From assembly GCA_963828195.1 (NCBI GenBank), contig CAWHDT010000003.1, positions 192,001 through 256,000 on the forward strand: 64,000 bases of DNA, in the 5' to 3' direction. Numbering within the stretch: position 1 is the stretch's first letter; each line of letters starts with the position of its first letter. Under the pieces are notes generated by a model that was not told where the DNA came from, made no database searches, and saw nothing but the letters and a program-made list of their open reading frames with translations. This stretch comes from Candidatus Bathyarchaeota archaeon (GTDB lineage: Archaea > Thermoproteota > Bathyarchaeia > Bathyarchaeales > Bathycorpusculaceae). Both the position numbers and the translations under genes were made by a program. This document shows, piece by piece, positions 36,843-48,502 of this stretch.

Positions 36843-39800
36843 TTAAGCTTTGTGCTCAATTCGGTTTCTCTTCATCCGGCTCACAACAACTGCTGAAGAT
36901 AATCCTGCAGCTGCAACTACAGTAACTATGAGAATGATTTCTACGTAAGGGATGTTAGACTGGGTGTTGGGCTGGCCCGGTTGAGGTGAACTTTGGGTGT
37001 TTGCGGCGGCTGAAGTTTGGTTCCACAAGTTCGTTTCTTCAGCAAGTGTCGCATTCATAGCTTGCAATCCGTTGGTTAAGGTGAAATTATCAAGAGTAGT
37101 AGCATTAAATAACGAAAGACTATCAGTTACGTAACTGATAGACGAAGAGAGCCCTAAGCCAGTAAGGACTTGAGTTTCAACTGGAGGGAGACCATTTTGT
37201 TGGATGTAATTCTCAGCAGATTGAATTGTTGTTGAGTTGACTGCAGGAAATTGAGCAGTTAAAAAATTAAGTTGGTTCTGAAAAGTTGTAAAGTATTGAT
37301 TCCTTTCTGCGGTATAGTTCATTATTGCTTGAAGTTGCAGCTTAGCATAATTTTGGGAGTTTGCCCCTTCTGCACCTGAATATCTTATTATAGATTGTGT
37401 AAGTGCTTGTTGACAAGAGAGCATGTTTACCAACATGTAAACAAGGTTGCCATCATTTTCTGGAAGAGCCTGGATAATTGGAAGATTAGCGAACAGGGTT
37501 CCGTTTTCCAACATTATTGGGCTAGGCTGAGCAACATTCGTAAAATCTGAACTAGGATCAGAAGCTGCAATATAAGCCTGGTTTTGGATAGCAATCGTTA
37601 ATGCTTGAGCAAGTAAGCATGTGGTACCTGCTGCGAGACCAACTCCTGACCAAGAAGTGAATATTAACCATTCAAGCCCCATTAGCGTTTCAGACCCTGC
37701 TACCGCTGCCATGGCAACGGTCCCGATGTAATCGAGCATCTTAGTTCCTGTACCGGGAACTTGAACTTGCTCAGAAATTGGTTCAATATTAGTGTTACCC
37801 CAGCTAAGCTCAAAGGCGAATTGTTCGTTGCTTATGAACCATTCATAATTTGCGAAGATGTTATGAAAGGTATCGAGTTGCTCTTCGGTATAAGCTGCAC
37901 TTAGAACAGCGGGTATTGCACCAGTCGCAACAGCTAGTAAACCTGAGGCCGCCAAATATTCCCAGTTCCAAGGTTGAATCCAGTTCCAGTCGCTTGTGAT
38001 TTCGAATATAAATGTGGCACTACCTTCTGGAGGTACTTCTTGAGAAGGTGGATTAATAACCTGAGATGCGGAGCAGCCGCCCATTCAGTCGGAAACTGAA
38101 TGTACTGTAAAGCTTCCTGAACCGAGGATGGTAAGGACTCTGTCTTCAAGCCACCCTGCATTATTGAGGCTCCAGTCTGGCTTAATTCTAGATTGTAAGG
38201 TTCAGAAATGGAATTAGAGTTTTTGATAGTTATTCTAATGTCGTATGGTTGGTTTATGGTTGCAGATTGTATTATGTTCCCACTAAGGTCGGTCATTACA
38301 TAGCTTTCGACTACAAGACCTGATTGAGTCTGTGATGATTTAGGCGTTGGCGTAGCTTCAGGTGTCGGAGTTGTTGTTGGTGTGGGGGTCAGTGAAGGCG
38401 CAAGTGTCGGGGTAGGAACAGGCGTTTGGTCGGGTTTAGGTGTTGGAGTTAGGAGAGCAGTTGGAGAAGGCGAAGGCGTCGGTTGCTGTGTAGGTGTAGC
38501 AGTGGGGGAAGGACTTGACGAAGGAGAAGGTGAAGACCCAGCAAGGGCAAATAGAGTATTACCATTCACTTGATAGAAATCTCCATTATTACCTGGAAAA
38601 ACGCCAGCTGTATACTTGCATAATATAGCGCCAGTTGACCCACTTAGGCAATAAAGGAATTCGGGACCGTTTGGAGCATCCAAGTAAACATAACCGTTGA
38701 CAACGTAAATGCTGGGGTAGTCACCCGAAAGGTCCTGAACATAACTGCTCCAAATCAATTGACCGGTGGAAGCATCAAGACAAAGTACGTTGCCACCATA
38801 GGAACCCTGTAGTGCCAAATAGACACAATTGTTCGTAACAAAAACATCATTTGCAATAGCCAAGGTTTCATCTGGATTGAGCGAACCACTTGGAACTGAG
38901 TAATTCCATATCGTTTTTCCAGTAGAGGAATCAAGACAATCAAGACTGTTGTTAAAGTAAAAATCGTTGACATATACGTAATTGCCATATGGAATTAAGG
39001 GATAACCAAGTGTTGAACTTTCCCAGATGGGAGGTGTGGTTGCAACGTTCCATATGTTAGTTTGGGTAGTGTCAAAGCAATATATACCACCTGTTGTTTG
39101 ACCACCATTTTCCTCAATGCCCAATATATACACGTGATTAGCTGAGAAGACAGGATTTGTTGAGTCCAAACCGTTCCATGGGGCCCAACCTAGGGTTGTG
39201 CTGTTGTAGTTCCATATTTTGTTGCCTGTCGCAGAATCAAGGCAGGTAACCATACCATCGACACAGTAAACATAAAGATAGCCATTTTCCGAATCGATAT
39301 AAAAAGTGGATCCGTAAGTACTTCCAAATAGGGGAGTGTTAACGCTAGAATGCCATAATGGCGTTCCCGTTGAGGCACTTATCGCACTGACATTACCATC
39401 TGAGAAAACAGAGTAAATTACACCATTAGCTAATTCTGATATCACAATAGCACTATCATCTGCGTTGTTTCCTTCTTCGTAAGTGCTGTTTAAGGTAGAG
39501 GTCCAAAGCGTTTCACCAGTAGAGGCATCAAGACAGTATGCATTATTTGAGTTATCTGTTACGAAAATGTCGCCATTATCAACTATAGAAAGATTAGTCG
39601 AATAATAATTACCATTAGTTATGACACCCATATTATTTGCATTCGGGAAAGTGTGATTCCATACCTGAGTTAGAGTGCCAAGTGGTATCGAATTGGTTAA
39701 CGCACTTGCATAGGTTATATTAGAGCTTAATACCAAGTTGTTCTTTTGCGGCAACACAGAGAACATGCTGATAATCAAAATGGCAATAATTCCAATCGCC

Positions 39801-39868
39801 AATTTTCCCTTCAATTTGCTTCCCCTATGAATCTTTATGTGTTGGAATTTATTTATAAAATCTTGCAT
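36843..39868 (-). pseudogene. Large PQQ-repeat surface protein (~1000 aa) split by one frameshift near 38085
   Basis: ORF 37934-39868 (signal peptide, CLDASTG repeats, Pro/Thr linker) overlaps ORF 36843-38084 (C-terminal TM plus basic tail) in another frame. Confidence 0.7.
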
Positions 39869-40613
39869 TAAAACATAGAAATAGAAAAAGCATTCATTGG
39901 TCTAATTCTTTCTGTCAAGAAAATTGAAAATAGCTATATTTGTAGTGAATCCTTAGAAATACCATATTTTTTCACTAACTGATATCACTTTTACCTGTTT
40001 CGTTCCAAGTCTCTCCTACAAAATTGGTAAAACGCCAGTGCCGACCTCTATGCCTCCACCATATGTTCCCCAAATTCTCTCTTCAATCGCATGTTCATTC
40101 TTAAAATTCTTCGGCTTATCTGGTGCCGCGTGATCTTGAATCTTGCAAGTTTAATTGCTAATTCCTTAGGTAGCAAACCAAGCGACACTGCTTCAAAAAA
40201 CAACCTGATTTCTTGATCTTATCTCAATCCACATAAACCACACGCTCGATAACTGATTGCTCAAAATCGAAAACGGTTCTGATGCGCGCCGCGCCCCACC
40301 ATAAGCATAGCAGGTCCCATTTTGTCTCTCTACATCTAACTTTTATAAGAAAGTGCCTGTATTCGACTGCAACGATAACGAGGAATATGCAGCGTGGTTG
40401 CTATGAAATGTGAAAAATGTATTTATGAAAACAAGCATACACAAAACTTTGGTTGTAAGTTTTAAACGTACGTCTAAAGCTATACGGCCCCCAATATCTA
40501 TTTAATGACACGAGACATCAACAAAATAATGGAGCACTAAGCCACAATTGCTAACAATATTAGCGGTGAAGCGCAAGGTGTCGCCACAAGTACATTTTGG
40601 CGCTTTCGCTTTT

Positions 40614-41108
40614 TCATCTATTTTGGTCGTGAGAAGATCTGGTTGATTTTTTTACTGCCAACGCAACCGCAGAAATGGTCACTAGCGCCGGTACTAATAA
40701 TAAAATAATCGCCGCCGCGGTGAACTCTGGAATAGTTGGGCTTGGAGACGAAGACGTGTCAGAAGAATCAGGTATAACAGATACTGTATCAGATAGAGAG
40801 TTGGCTACAAAGACCTCACCTTTAGCAGAATCATAGGCAATGTCAGATGGAAGGTTTCCAACAGTCAAGTTGGCAACCACAGAATTGCTGCTATCCGATA
40901 TAACCGAGACAGTGTCATAACCAGAATTAGCGTTAAAAACGGTCATATAGATCTCGCCCTTGCTCAAATCATAAGCTAAGGTGTTGGGGTAGCCTCCTAC
41001 ATTTATCGTGTGGATTTCGCCGGCAGCATTCACCGCGTTGGCTACCGACACTGCAAGAATTAAAGCGATTAGAATTGAGATAGAGGCGATTCTCTTAAGG
41101 TTCTTCAT
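40614..41108 (-). CDS. Short YncE-repeat protein with PEF-CTERM (only two blades)
   Basis: Signal peptide, two YDxxKGEIY/VF...SVI repeats and an IPEFT-TM tail. Confidence 0.7.
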   Translation of the reverse strand: MKNLKRIASISILIALILAVSVANAVNAAGEIHTINVGGYPNTLAYDLSKGEIYMTVFNANSGYDTVSVISDSSNSVVANLTVGNLPSDIAYDSAKGEVFVANSLSDTVSVIPDSSDTSSSPSPTIPEFTAAAIILLLVPALVTISAVALAVKKSTRSSHDQNR

Positions 41109-41328
41109 AAAGATTCGTTAACTTCAATTATCTTATAAGTTTTTGCAACAGTTAGATGAAAAATTGTGACGCTTTTAGTTTTGTCTGAGATAGCCCGCAA
41201 TAACGGGACAGGGCAGCTCGCTCATGACATGGCGTGAGCGCCTCTCGCATAAACACTTCCTATGGCATCGCGCCAACTAAATTCGTGATAGGTTGTTATC
41301 CGAAAAGTTAGCCGATTAACGGTAATAA

Positions 41329-43080
41329 TTATTTTTTGTTGCTTGTGTCAGTTGTTTCTTGGCTGTTCATGTATTTTTTGCCTCTTAGAAGAGATGCGGC
41401 TGCTGCGACGCCTGTTAACCCAGCGCTCACATAGAATACGTTGTGTAAAGAAGCCACGAAGGGTTTGGCAATTGCAGTTGGGAACCAGTGTAGCCCTGTG
41501 AGTACGCTGGTTGTCTGCCCGCTCAGGGTTGCAGAAACGCTTTGCGGCAGCTGAGCAATAATTGACGCAACTGGATTATAGCCTAAGAAGGCGGAGAAAA
41601 GTGATCCTGTCGGAGAAAATGATGTGAAGTAGGGAATAAGCTGCGGTGCACCCGCCGCTGTTAGAGACGAAGCGAACGCTGATGGAAGCCCCTGCGAAAG
41701 CGAAAGCACGACGACGGCGAAAAAAGCTGCAATGCTAACCACCATCCCCGTGTTCTGCAACGTGGTTCTCATTCCAGAAGCTATTCCCCTGTTCTCTGGC
41801 GGAACCGAGTTCATAATCGAAGAAATGTTCGGCGAAGCGAACATCCCCATTCCCATACCCTGCACATATATCAGCGCCGCAAACTCAAGGTAAATGAAGT
41901 TATAGGGAAGAAACGCCAAGCCAAGAAATGTTGCGCATGTAATCGCCATACCGAGACTTGCCAGCCCCCTTGCGCCGTACTTATCCGACAACGTTCCGCT
42001 GATTGGCCCCATGGTAACGAAGCCAGCGGAAAGCGGAAGCAAGTAAACGCCAGCCCAGAACGGAGTATCCGTGTAGCTGATTCCATGCAGCGGAAGCCAA
42101 ATGCCCTGCAGCAGGACGCTAAGCATAATCAACACTCCGCCCCTTGCTACAGCGGCAAAGAAATCCGCAAGCATACCTGCGGAAAAACTTCGAATCTTGA
42201 ACAAGCTGAGCTTAATCATCGGAGACTTCACCACCCTTTCCACGAACGGAAACGCGAGGAGCAATGCACTTCCCGACGTCAAACCAGCTATTACCCATGG
42301 GTTAGACCAGCCCATCGTTGACGAGCCGTATGGAAGCAGCCCGTAGGTGAGGGAAACCAGCAGCACGGTAAGCCCTCCGGCGAAGGTTACGTTGCCCCAG
42401 ATATCTATCTTCTCGCCTGTGGCTCTTTTGCCCATCTCTTTAAGCTTCAAGTAGGACCAAACTGCACCGAAGACGCTGATGGGGACGCTGACCAAAAAGA
42501 CGAACCTCCAGTCAATCGTTGCTAGAGTGCCGCCGATAACGAGACCTATGAAGGAGCCTGCCAGAGCTGCAACTTGGTTTATGCCCAGAGCTTTGCCGCG
42601 CTCATTCGCCGGAAAAGCGTCAGTTAAAATGGCGGCGCTATTAGAGAACAGGAAGGCAGCGCCCACCGCCTGCACAATGCGAAAGAAAATCAGTTCCAAT
42701 GCTCCAATGTCTCCCGTGTTAGGGGTGAGGAAAAGCAGGATGGAGCCAACGGCGAATATCGCGAATCCGATGTTGTAAAACCTGACTCTTCCGTGAATGT
42801 CCGAGATTCTTCCGAAGGAAACCAGAAGAGTCGCCGTAACAATGAGGTAGCCGAAGAGAATCCAGAGCAGATAGGGAAAGGAGGTCAGGGGATTCAGGTT
42901 TATTCCGCGGAATATGGCTGGAAGGGCAATCAGCACGATGGTGCCGTCTATCGCAGCTATCAGAGTGCCAAGAGTGGTGTTGGAGAGGGCAACCCATTTG
43001 TACTCAACCATAAGCTTAGCCGCCTCCAAACCAGCCGACGACAGTGCCGCCAAAACAACTGCAGAACGAAACTTGTTCAC
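41329..43080 (-). CDS. MFS transporter (DHA2-like, 14 TM)
   Basis: [16 protein letters not shown] and LSDKYGAR motifs; likely start at MVEYKW. Confidence 0.93.
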   Translation of the reverse strand: MNKFRSAVVLAALSSAGLEAAKLMVEYKWVALSNTTLGTLIAAIDGTIVLIALPAIFRGINLNPLTSFPYLLWILFGYLIVTATLLVSFGRISDIHGRVRFYNIGFAIFAVGSILLFLTPNTGDIGALELIFFRIVQAVGAAFLFSNSAAILTDAFPANERGKALGINQVAALAGSFIGLVIGGTLATIDWRFVFLVSVPISVFGAVWSYLKLKEMGKRATGEKIDIWGNVTFAGGLTVLLVSLTYGLLPYGSSTMGWSNPWVIAGLTSGSALLLAFPFVERVVKSPMIKLSLFKIRSFSAGMLADFFAAVARGGVLIMLSVLLQGIWLPLHGISYTDTPFWAGVYLLPLSAGFVTMGPISGTLSDKYGARGLASLGMAITCATFLGLAFLPYNFIYLEFAALIYVQGMGMGMFASPNISSIMNSVPPENRGIASGMRTTLQNTGMVVSIAAFFAVVVLSLSQGLPSAFASSLTAAGAPQLIPYFTSFSPTGSLFSAFLGYNPVASIIAQLPQSVSATLSGQTTSVLTGLHWFPTAIAKPFVASLHNVFYVSAGLTGVAAAASLLRGKKYMNSQETTDTSNKK

Positions 43081-43359
43081 AACCTGTAGTTTTTTCGTTC
43101 CTCTTACAGAATGATTGGTTTTTTGTCATAATGCAGTCGTTCAGTAATGCCGCCAGCTACTGATAGGTGAGATACGTTTTATTGGCATGTGTTTCAAAGG
43201 CATATAAATATTGCGCGCTGGCTTTTCCCGATATTATGTTTTGAAGTATGTCGATGATAGCGCTTTGTCCAGCCTTCCGACGTTTTAAGCTGTTTATTCT
43301 ATAACGTTTAATAGTAATATATTCCCTAAATATTTGATAAGTAATGGTGGGTTAGCGGT

Positions 43360-43791
43360 ATGAGTGAAAATAGTGATTCAGAAGTTTTAGAAATCGAGAT
43401 TGCCCCCCAAGCTCTAGATTATCTTAAGACAAACGGCAATGTTTTCATACTTACGCATGTCGAAAATCCACAGTACTCATACTACAAAATCAAGGGATCC
43501 GAGGGTAAAGCTAACCTTGTAATTAAATTTGTAGAGTTTGTTGAAATCTGCAAAAACTACGCTGATTCCCAAACTAACACAAGCGACCTGCAAACAGAAT
43601 ACGTTGCTAAAACCTTTGATGTGGCGTCACCTGCTCAGTCAAAGCATGATTTAAAATTTTATTTGGCGAAATCTGGGTTCTCAACAGTTGATGATTGGCT
43701 AAAAACATTAAACGCCGAAGATGAAATTCCCGAATGCTCAACTGGACAAAACAAAACCTTCTACCTTTACCACATTCAAACCACCGCTTAA
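43360..43791 (+). CDS. Hypothetical protein
   Basis: 143-aa ATG ORF with a KSGFSTVDDW motif (ASCH-like by eye). Confidence 0.6.
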   Translation: MSENSDSEVLEIEIAPQALDYLKTNGNVFILTHVENPQYSYYKIKGSEGKANLVIKFVEFVEICKNYADSQTNTSDLQTEYVAKTFDVASPAQSKHDLKFYLAKSGFSTVDDWLKTLNAEDEIPECSTGQNKTFYLYHIQTTA

Positions 43792-43851
43792 AAAACACTA
43801 ACCTTTTTTGTGCAAGTTGATTTTTGATTTTCAGCTGCGAAAATAGCTTTC

Positions 43852-44385
43852 CTAAAGGGTCACATTCATATTCTTTATGAGCCTAGCCAAAACTTCATCG
43901 CTCATCCATCCAGTCTTAAGGTATTGGCGAATTTGCGCAGCATTTAATCCAATGCGCTTGGCTTCTTGCACCGCGTATCGGTATGCTTCAATTTCTGTTG
44001 GTCTATCCACGTAATCGTAGTTCGGGTCAAAGAGGTCTCTGCCTTCCATGTGTTGCTTCACGTGGCAAAGTTCATGAATGACATCAAGATAAATGTCTTC
44101 TTTACTTCCGCTGTTCAAATAACGTTTGTTCACAAGCAAATGCCCCTCATTGTTGTCAACACCCATATAGCCGAACCAGATGAAATTCACTTTCAGGTTC
44201 TTCAGAACTGCCTCAGTTTCTTTCCCGAAAATTCCGCGAACGGCAAGATTTTTCTCGAAGCCCTTAAAGTACGCCATAAATGTCTGCGTCTCAGCAACCA
44301 AATGAAGAATCCCCGTCAAAGGTAACCTGGGAAACAAGCGGAAAACCCGCCCAGCAACATATTCCAACCCGCTTCGTGCAGACAA
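43852..44385 (-). CDS. Zincin-like HExxH hypothetical protein
   Basis: VIHELCHVKQ...RPTEIEAY; true start probably at MAYFKG or nearby. Confidence 0.7.
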   Translation of the reverse strand: MSARSGLEYVAGRVFRLFPRLPLTGILHLVAETQTFMAYFKGFEKNLAVRGIFGKETEAVLKNLKVNFIWFGYMGVDNNEGHLLVNKRYLNSGSKEDIYLDVIHELCHVKQHMEGRDLFDPNYDYVDRPTEIEAYRYAVQEAKRIGLNAAQIRQYLKTGWMSDEVLARLIKNMNVTL

Positions 44386-44551
44386 ACAAACAACCTTCCT
44401 AAACTTGAAAGATACCCAACATCATTTATCTTTAGCATTATTTTAATTTATTTTGGAACGAACGGATAATTTTTTTACTCCTTCGGAGGGAGTTCGCTTT
44501 ATATTTCTCTTCAGGCATTGCCCATTTAATCAAGCGTAAACAAGGGTTTCG

Positions 44552-45256
44552 ATGGCACAACCCAGAATTAAGAGCAAAATGAAAGATTCAGTGTTGAGCG
44601 AAGAGAGTGTAGTGTCAAAGGTTTCGGAGCTGATGGAAACCCTTGACCACATTAAGAGATATAATGCTCTATCTCGTTCGCTTAAGAAATTCTTACTCAT
44701 TGTTATCGGGTCAATTGTCGTCTCTCTTGCCGTTGGGATTTTGTTCACAATTTCTGGATTTGACTATTCATCAAAAAGCCTTCAAAGTTTTATTTTAGGT
44801 TTCGTTCTTCTTCTTATCCCATTAATAGGCTTAGCAACTGGTGTTTTTTACGTTAGAAGACAAGTGAATGCGACCAAGACGGGGGAATGGAAAGAGAAGC
44901 TTTCAGGCGGCTTTCCTTCGGCTTTGGAGATTTTGCTGGAGCTGGATTGGGATGAAACCCTTGATGAAATCTCCATGGGAAAACTCAGCTACACTATTTA
45001 TGGACTAATGAAAACAGCCGCTTATTGGTTGGTGGCGTTTTTTGGTCTGCAACTGGTCGGTAACGGCGTGACACTTTATTTCTTGCACAGAGCAGTTTTT
45101 CTCAGCACTTTTGTTTCTGTAGCATTTGCTTTAATTCTTGTTCTTTCGCTGCTAGGCGGCGACCTTTTGAGACGTTACAAAGAGATTCATGCTTTAGATA
45201 TGCTCCTTTTGGAGCTAAGGTGGTTTAGCCTTGAACTCAGCAGAGCCGAGCTCTAA
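44552..45256 (+). CDS. 4-TM membrane protein
   Basis: Four hydrophobic segments; overlaps the downstream HTH gene. Confidence 0.7.
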   Translation: MAQPRIKSKMKDSVLSEESVVSKVSELMETLDHIKRYNALSRSLKKFLLIVIGSIVVSLAVGILFTISGFDYSSKSLQSFILGFVLLLIPLIGLATGVFYVRRQVNATKTGEWKEKLSGGFPSALEILLELDWDETLDEISMGKLSYTIYGLMKTAAYWLVAFFGLQLVGNGVTLYFLHRAVFLSTFVSVAFALILVLSLLGGDLLRRYKEIHALDMLLLELRWFSLELSRAEL

Positions 45257-45527
45257 ACCTGACCTCTACGTCATCGCCCGAATCATCAAGGCGTTGAAAG
45301 AGAAAAACAGGATGAACAAGACCGCGCTTGCCACTTCTACGGGTTTGGCGTACGATAAGCTCGTTAAGTATTTGGCGTGGATGTCTGAGAAAGGCTTCGT
45401 TGTTGTTGACGAAAACGGTTTAGTTATCTTAACTAAGGAAGGCTCTGAGGCATATGATGAGTTAGTGGGTTGGATAATGAAGTATGTGGGGCAACTCAAG
45501 TTTCCAAGGCTACGCCTGCGAACATAA
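45231..45527 (+). CDS. Winged-helix transcriptional regulator
   Basis: KTALATSTGLAYDKLVKYL...LTKEG. Confidence 0.8.
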   Translation: MNSAEPSSKPDLYVIARIIKALKEKNRMNKTALATSTGLAYDKLVKYLAWMSEKGFVVVDENGLVILTKEGSEAYDELVGWIMKYVGQLKFPRLRLRT

Positions 45528-45617
45528 TCTGCCATTTCTTTTGGCTTATTACTCCCTCAAGATGAGTTCGCTTTATAAGCAAGGGCGACCTGTTTGCACG
45601 GGAGATGAGATGAGCGT

Positions 45618-46574
45618 ATGCCATTCAGCGATGTTCCCACAATTGAAGCGGTTAAGCTAACAAAACAATATGGTTCTTTTACTGCGCTTTCTGAATTGAA
45701 CCTTAAAATTGAAGGCTCAAAATGCGTCGGTTTCCTTGGTCCAAACGGCGCAGGAAAAACCACCACTCTTAAAATGTTCACTGACTTAATCCGTCCAACT
45801 TCTGGAGCAGCTTTGATAAACGGCGTAAACGTTCATACTGACAAGAAAACAGCATTGGCATCCGTTGCAACGTTGATCGAGACACCCGAAATTTATCCGT
45901 CGTTAACCCCCCGCGAAGCCCTTTCTATGATCGCTGAATTCAGAGGGGTCCCAACTGCAGAGATTAAAAAGAGAATAGAAGAAGCCGTCACCGAGGTTCA
46001 TATGGACGAGTGGATGGATAAGCGGGTCGGTAAGTTCTCGAAAGGAATGAAACAGAGAATTTGCATTGCCTCCGCACTTCTCAGTGACCCATGCATCCTT
46101 CTACTAGATGAGCCCACAACCGGACTTGATCCCAGAGGAATGAGCGAAGTTCGGGACATCGTCAAATCACTTAAGGGCAAGAAAAGATTGATTTTCATGA
46201 GTTCACATATTCTCAGCGAAGTTTCAGAGGTATGCGACGAAGTCGCTATGATTGACCATGGCAAACTGCTCGTTTACGATACCATTTCAAACGTCACCTC
46301 CAAATTTTCCGGCGGATCAAACGTGGTCGAAGTTGGCCTTCAGCATCCCATAGATCCTCAATTGATAACAAGAAACATAGCTAAAATTTCTGGTGTTAGC
46401 TCGGCGGAACAAATGAACGATATAACCCTGCGGATCAGGTTTATCGGAGGCTTGGATGTGCAGGAACAGATTCTCGTTCAGTTGATAAAATTGAATATTG
46501 GGGTAATAAGTTATAGACCTGCGGCCTCGGAGCTTGAAGACGTCTATCTTAATTTGATTAAGGATACGGTGTGA
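45618..46574 (+). CDS. ABC-2 transporter ATP-binding protein
   Basis: GPNGAGKTT, FSKGM, LLLDEP and SSH motifs. Confidence 0.95.
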   Translation: MPFSDVPTIEAVKLTKQYGSFTALSELNLKIEGSKCVGFLGPNGAGKTTTLKMFTDLIRPTSGAALINGVNVHTDKKTALASVATLIETPEIYPSLTPREALSMIAEFRGVPTAEIKKRIEEAVTEVHMDEWMDKRVGKFSKGMKQRICIASALLSDPCILLLDEPTTGLDPRGMSEVRDIVKSLKGKKRLIFMSSHILSEVSEVCDEVAMIDHGKLLVYDTISNVTSKFSGGSNVVEVGLQHPIDPQLITRNIAKISGVSSAEQMNDITLRIRFIGGLDVQEQILVQLIKLNIGVISYRPAASELEDVYLNLIKDTV

Positions 46575-47440
46575 TAAATATGAGCAAAACAGGAACACAA
46601 TGTGGAAATAGAGTGCCCAGTAGCATGGCGCAAGTCCGAGTATCAATGAAGTATACGCTTTTAGAATACTTGAGGTCGCGTCGTTTCCTCATAATGCTGA
46701 TTATTACTCTTTTAATAGCCGCGCTCCTTACCATCATAGTGGCTTGGCGGCGTCCAGCGGGTTTTGTAACTACAAATCTCGGGTTCTATTCCAGTTGGTG
46801 GGGAACAGCAGTAACCCTTGTAATTATACTGGCTGGAATTTTCTTCGGAGGAGATGCCATTTCAGGAGAGTTTCAGAATAAGACAGGTTACTTCGGAATC
46901 CCTAACCCTGTTAGAAGGTCTTCAATATACATTGGGAAGTATTTGTCGGCTTTCTTAGCAGCTACCGCAATAATGCTCATATTCGCCGTGATTACAATCG
47001 CCAACGGATTTTACTATTTTGGCTCAGCCGGTTTGCCCTACCAATTCGTTGAGTCTTTGCTTTTCGCATGGTTTTATCTCGCCGCGGTCTTAGGATTGGC
47101 GTTCTTTTTCAGTTCACTGTTTAAGAGCAGTTCCATGTCTATTCTTGTAACGGTTATACTCTTACTGTTCGGATTCACGCTGATTTCGACGCTGGTCTCA
47201 GACCTTGTCGGGATTGAACCGTGGTTTATTCTGACTTACGGGTCAGGGATAATAGGCAACATACTGCAATCGCCTTATCCCCTTCCCAAGGTCACGACAA
47301 CTTCGTCGTTCGGGCCTCGTTCAATTACTACTACCACTTTCGCCGCATCGGTTCCTCAAGGACTCGCCATCATAGGAATATACTTCATCGTCACAGCAGT
47401 CTTAGGCCTCCTACTATTCGAAAGAAAAGAATTCAACTAA
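46571..47440 (+). CDS. ABC-2 transporter permease
   Basis: Six TM helices; ISGEFQNKTG...PVRRSSIYIGK. Confidence 0.92.
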   Translation: MINMSKTGTQCGNRVPSSMAQVRVSMKYTLLEYLRSRRFLIMLIITLLIAALLTIIVAWRRPAGFVTTNLGFYSSWWGTAVTLVIILAGIFFGGDAISGEFQNKTGYFGIPNPVRRSSIYIGKYLSAFLAATAIMLIFAVITIANGFYYFGSAGLPYQFVESLLFAWFYLAAVLGLAFFFSSLFKSSSMSILVTVILLLFGFTLISTLVSDLVGIEPWFILTYGSGIIGNILQSPYPLPKVTTTSSFGPRSITTTTFAASVPQGLAIIGIYFIVTAVLGLLLFERKEFN

Positions 47441-47700
47441 AAACAACTCCGAATCGTTTCCAGTAGGGTCATCGGTTCCAGTCCAGTGACCCTCATCTTT
47501 TTCATATTTTAAATGTTGAAACTTATTTTCTTAAATATCTGGCAGCGCCAAGACCCGAAAACGGAAAGTGTTGAGTTTTGTTATCGATTAAATTCAAATC
47601 GAAGCCAAATTTTGGTCACAGTAGCTTAACTGCAGCTATTTAGTTTGGTGGGAATAGGCTAAAATAGATTCATGTTAAAGTTAAGGTTAGCGGATGGCTC

Positions 47701-48486
47701 TTGGGGAAGTCTCAAAGCTTTGGGCAGTTACGTAAGAAAGCGCCTCAACTGATTTTTATAGCGATCGCCCTTGCCGCTGTCGTTTACATAATCTTCGATT
47801 TCTTCGAGGACGTTGTTATCGGGGGAGCCCCCGTTACAAGCGAGCCAATCATCAGCCTCGCTCTTACAATCACACAAAGCGTCATATCAATAGTGCAGGC
47901 TTGGGGCTACTCCGGCGTCTTCGTCTTGATGTTTTTTGAATCATGCTCGGTGCCTATTCCCAGCGAAGTGATTCTTCCCTTTGCCGGTTTTTTAGCTTTC
48001 ACGGGGCACCTTAACTTTTGGTTAATCCTGTCAGTTTCAACCATCGCTGGAATACTTGGTTCACTGGTTGACTACTACATCGGGTACAAAGGCGTCCAAA
48101 CCCTCATTAAACACAAAATCTTGGGAAAAGCCCTCTTATCAACCTCTCAGCTCCAAATCGCCGAAAAATGGTTCCTCAAACATGGCAGCGTAATGGTTTT
48201 CATAAGCCGCATAATTCCAGGTTTCAGGACAACTTTTTCGTTTCCAGCAGGCGCCGCAAAAATGAAGCTGAGCAAGTTTATTGTTTTTACAACTGCTGGG
48301 TGCCTCATGTGGAACGGAATCTTGGTTTGTCTTGGTTGGTACTTAGGGGGAAATTGGACAAAAGTTGTTGGCGTGACCCGATACTTAATTGTAGCTGCTG
48401 TGGCTGTCGTCGTTATAGTGATTGTCTTTTACTTGGTTCATATGAGACGCAGAAAAATGCAGGCGCCAAAAGAAAATGCTCAATAA
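47701..48486 (+). CDS. DedA family membrane protein
   Basis: ESCSVPIPSE, SRIIPGFR and PAG motifs. Confidence 0.92.
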   Translation: MGKSQSFGQLRKKAPQLIFIAIALAAVVYIIFDFFEDVVIGGAPVTSEPIISLALTITQSVISIVQAWGYSGVFVLMFFESCSVPIPSEVILPFAGFLAFTGHLNFWLILSVSTIAGILGSLVDYYIGYKGVQTLIKHKILGKALLSTSQLQIAEKWFLKHGSVMVFISRIIPGFRTTFSFPAGAAKMKLSKFIVFTTAGCLMWNGILVCLGWYLGGNWTKVVGVTRYLIVAAVAVVVIVIVFYLVHMRRRKMQAPKENAQ

Positions 48487-48502
48487 ATTGGGAATTAGCT
48501 AG

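Noticed and set aside
47464-47496. tRNA-like GGTCATCGGTTCCAGTCCAGTGACCC
   Set aside because: There is no 5' half or cloverleaf. It fits a terminator hairpin (AGGGTCA/TGACCCT plus T-run) at least as well.
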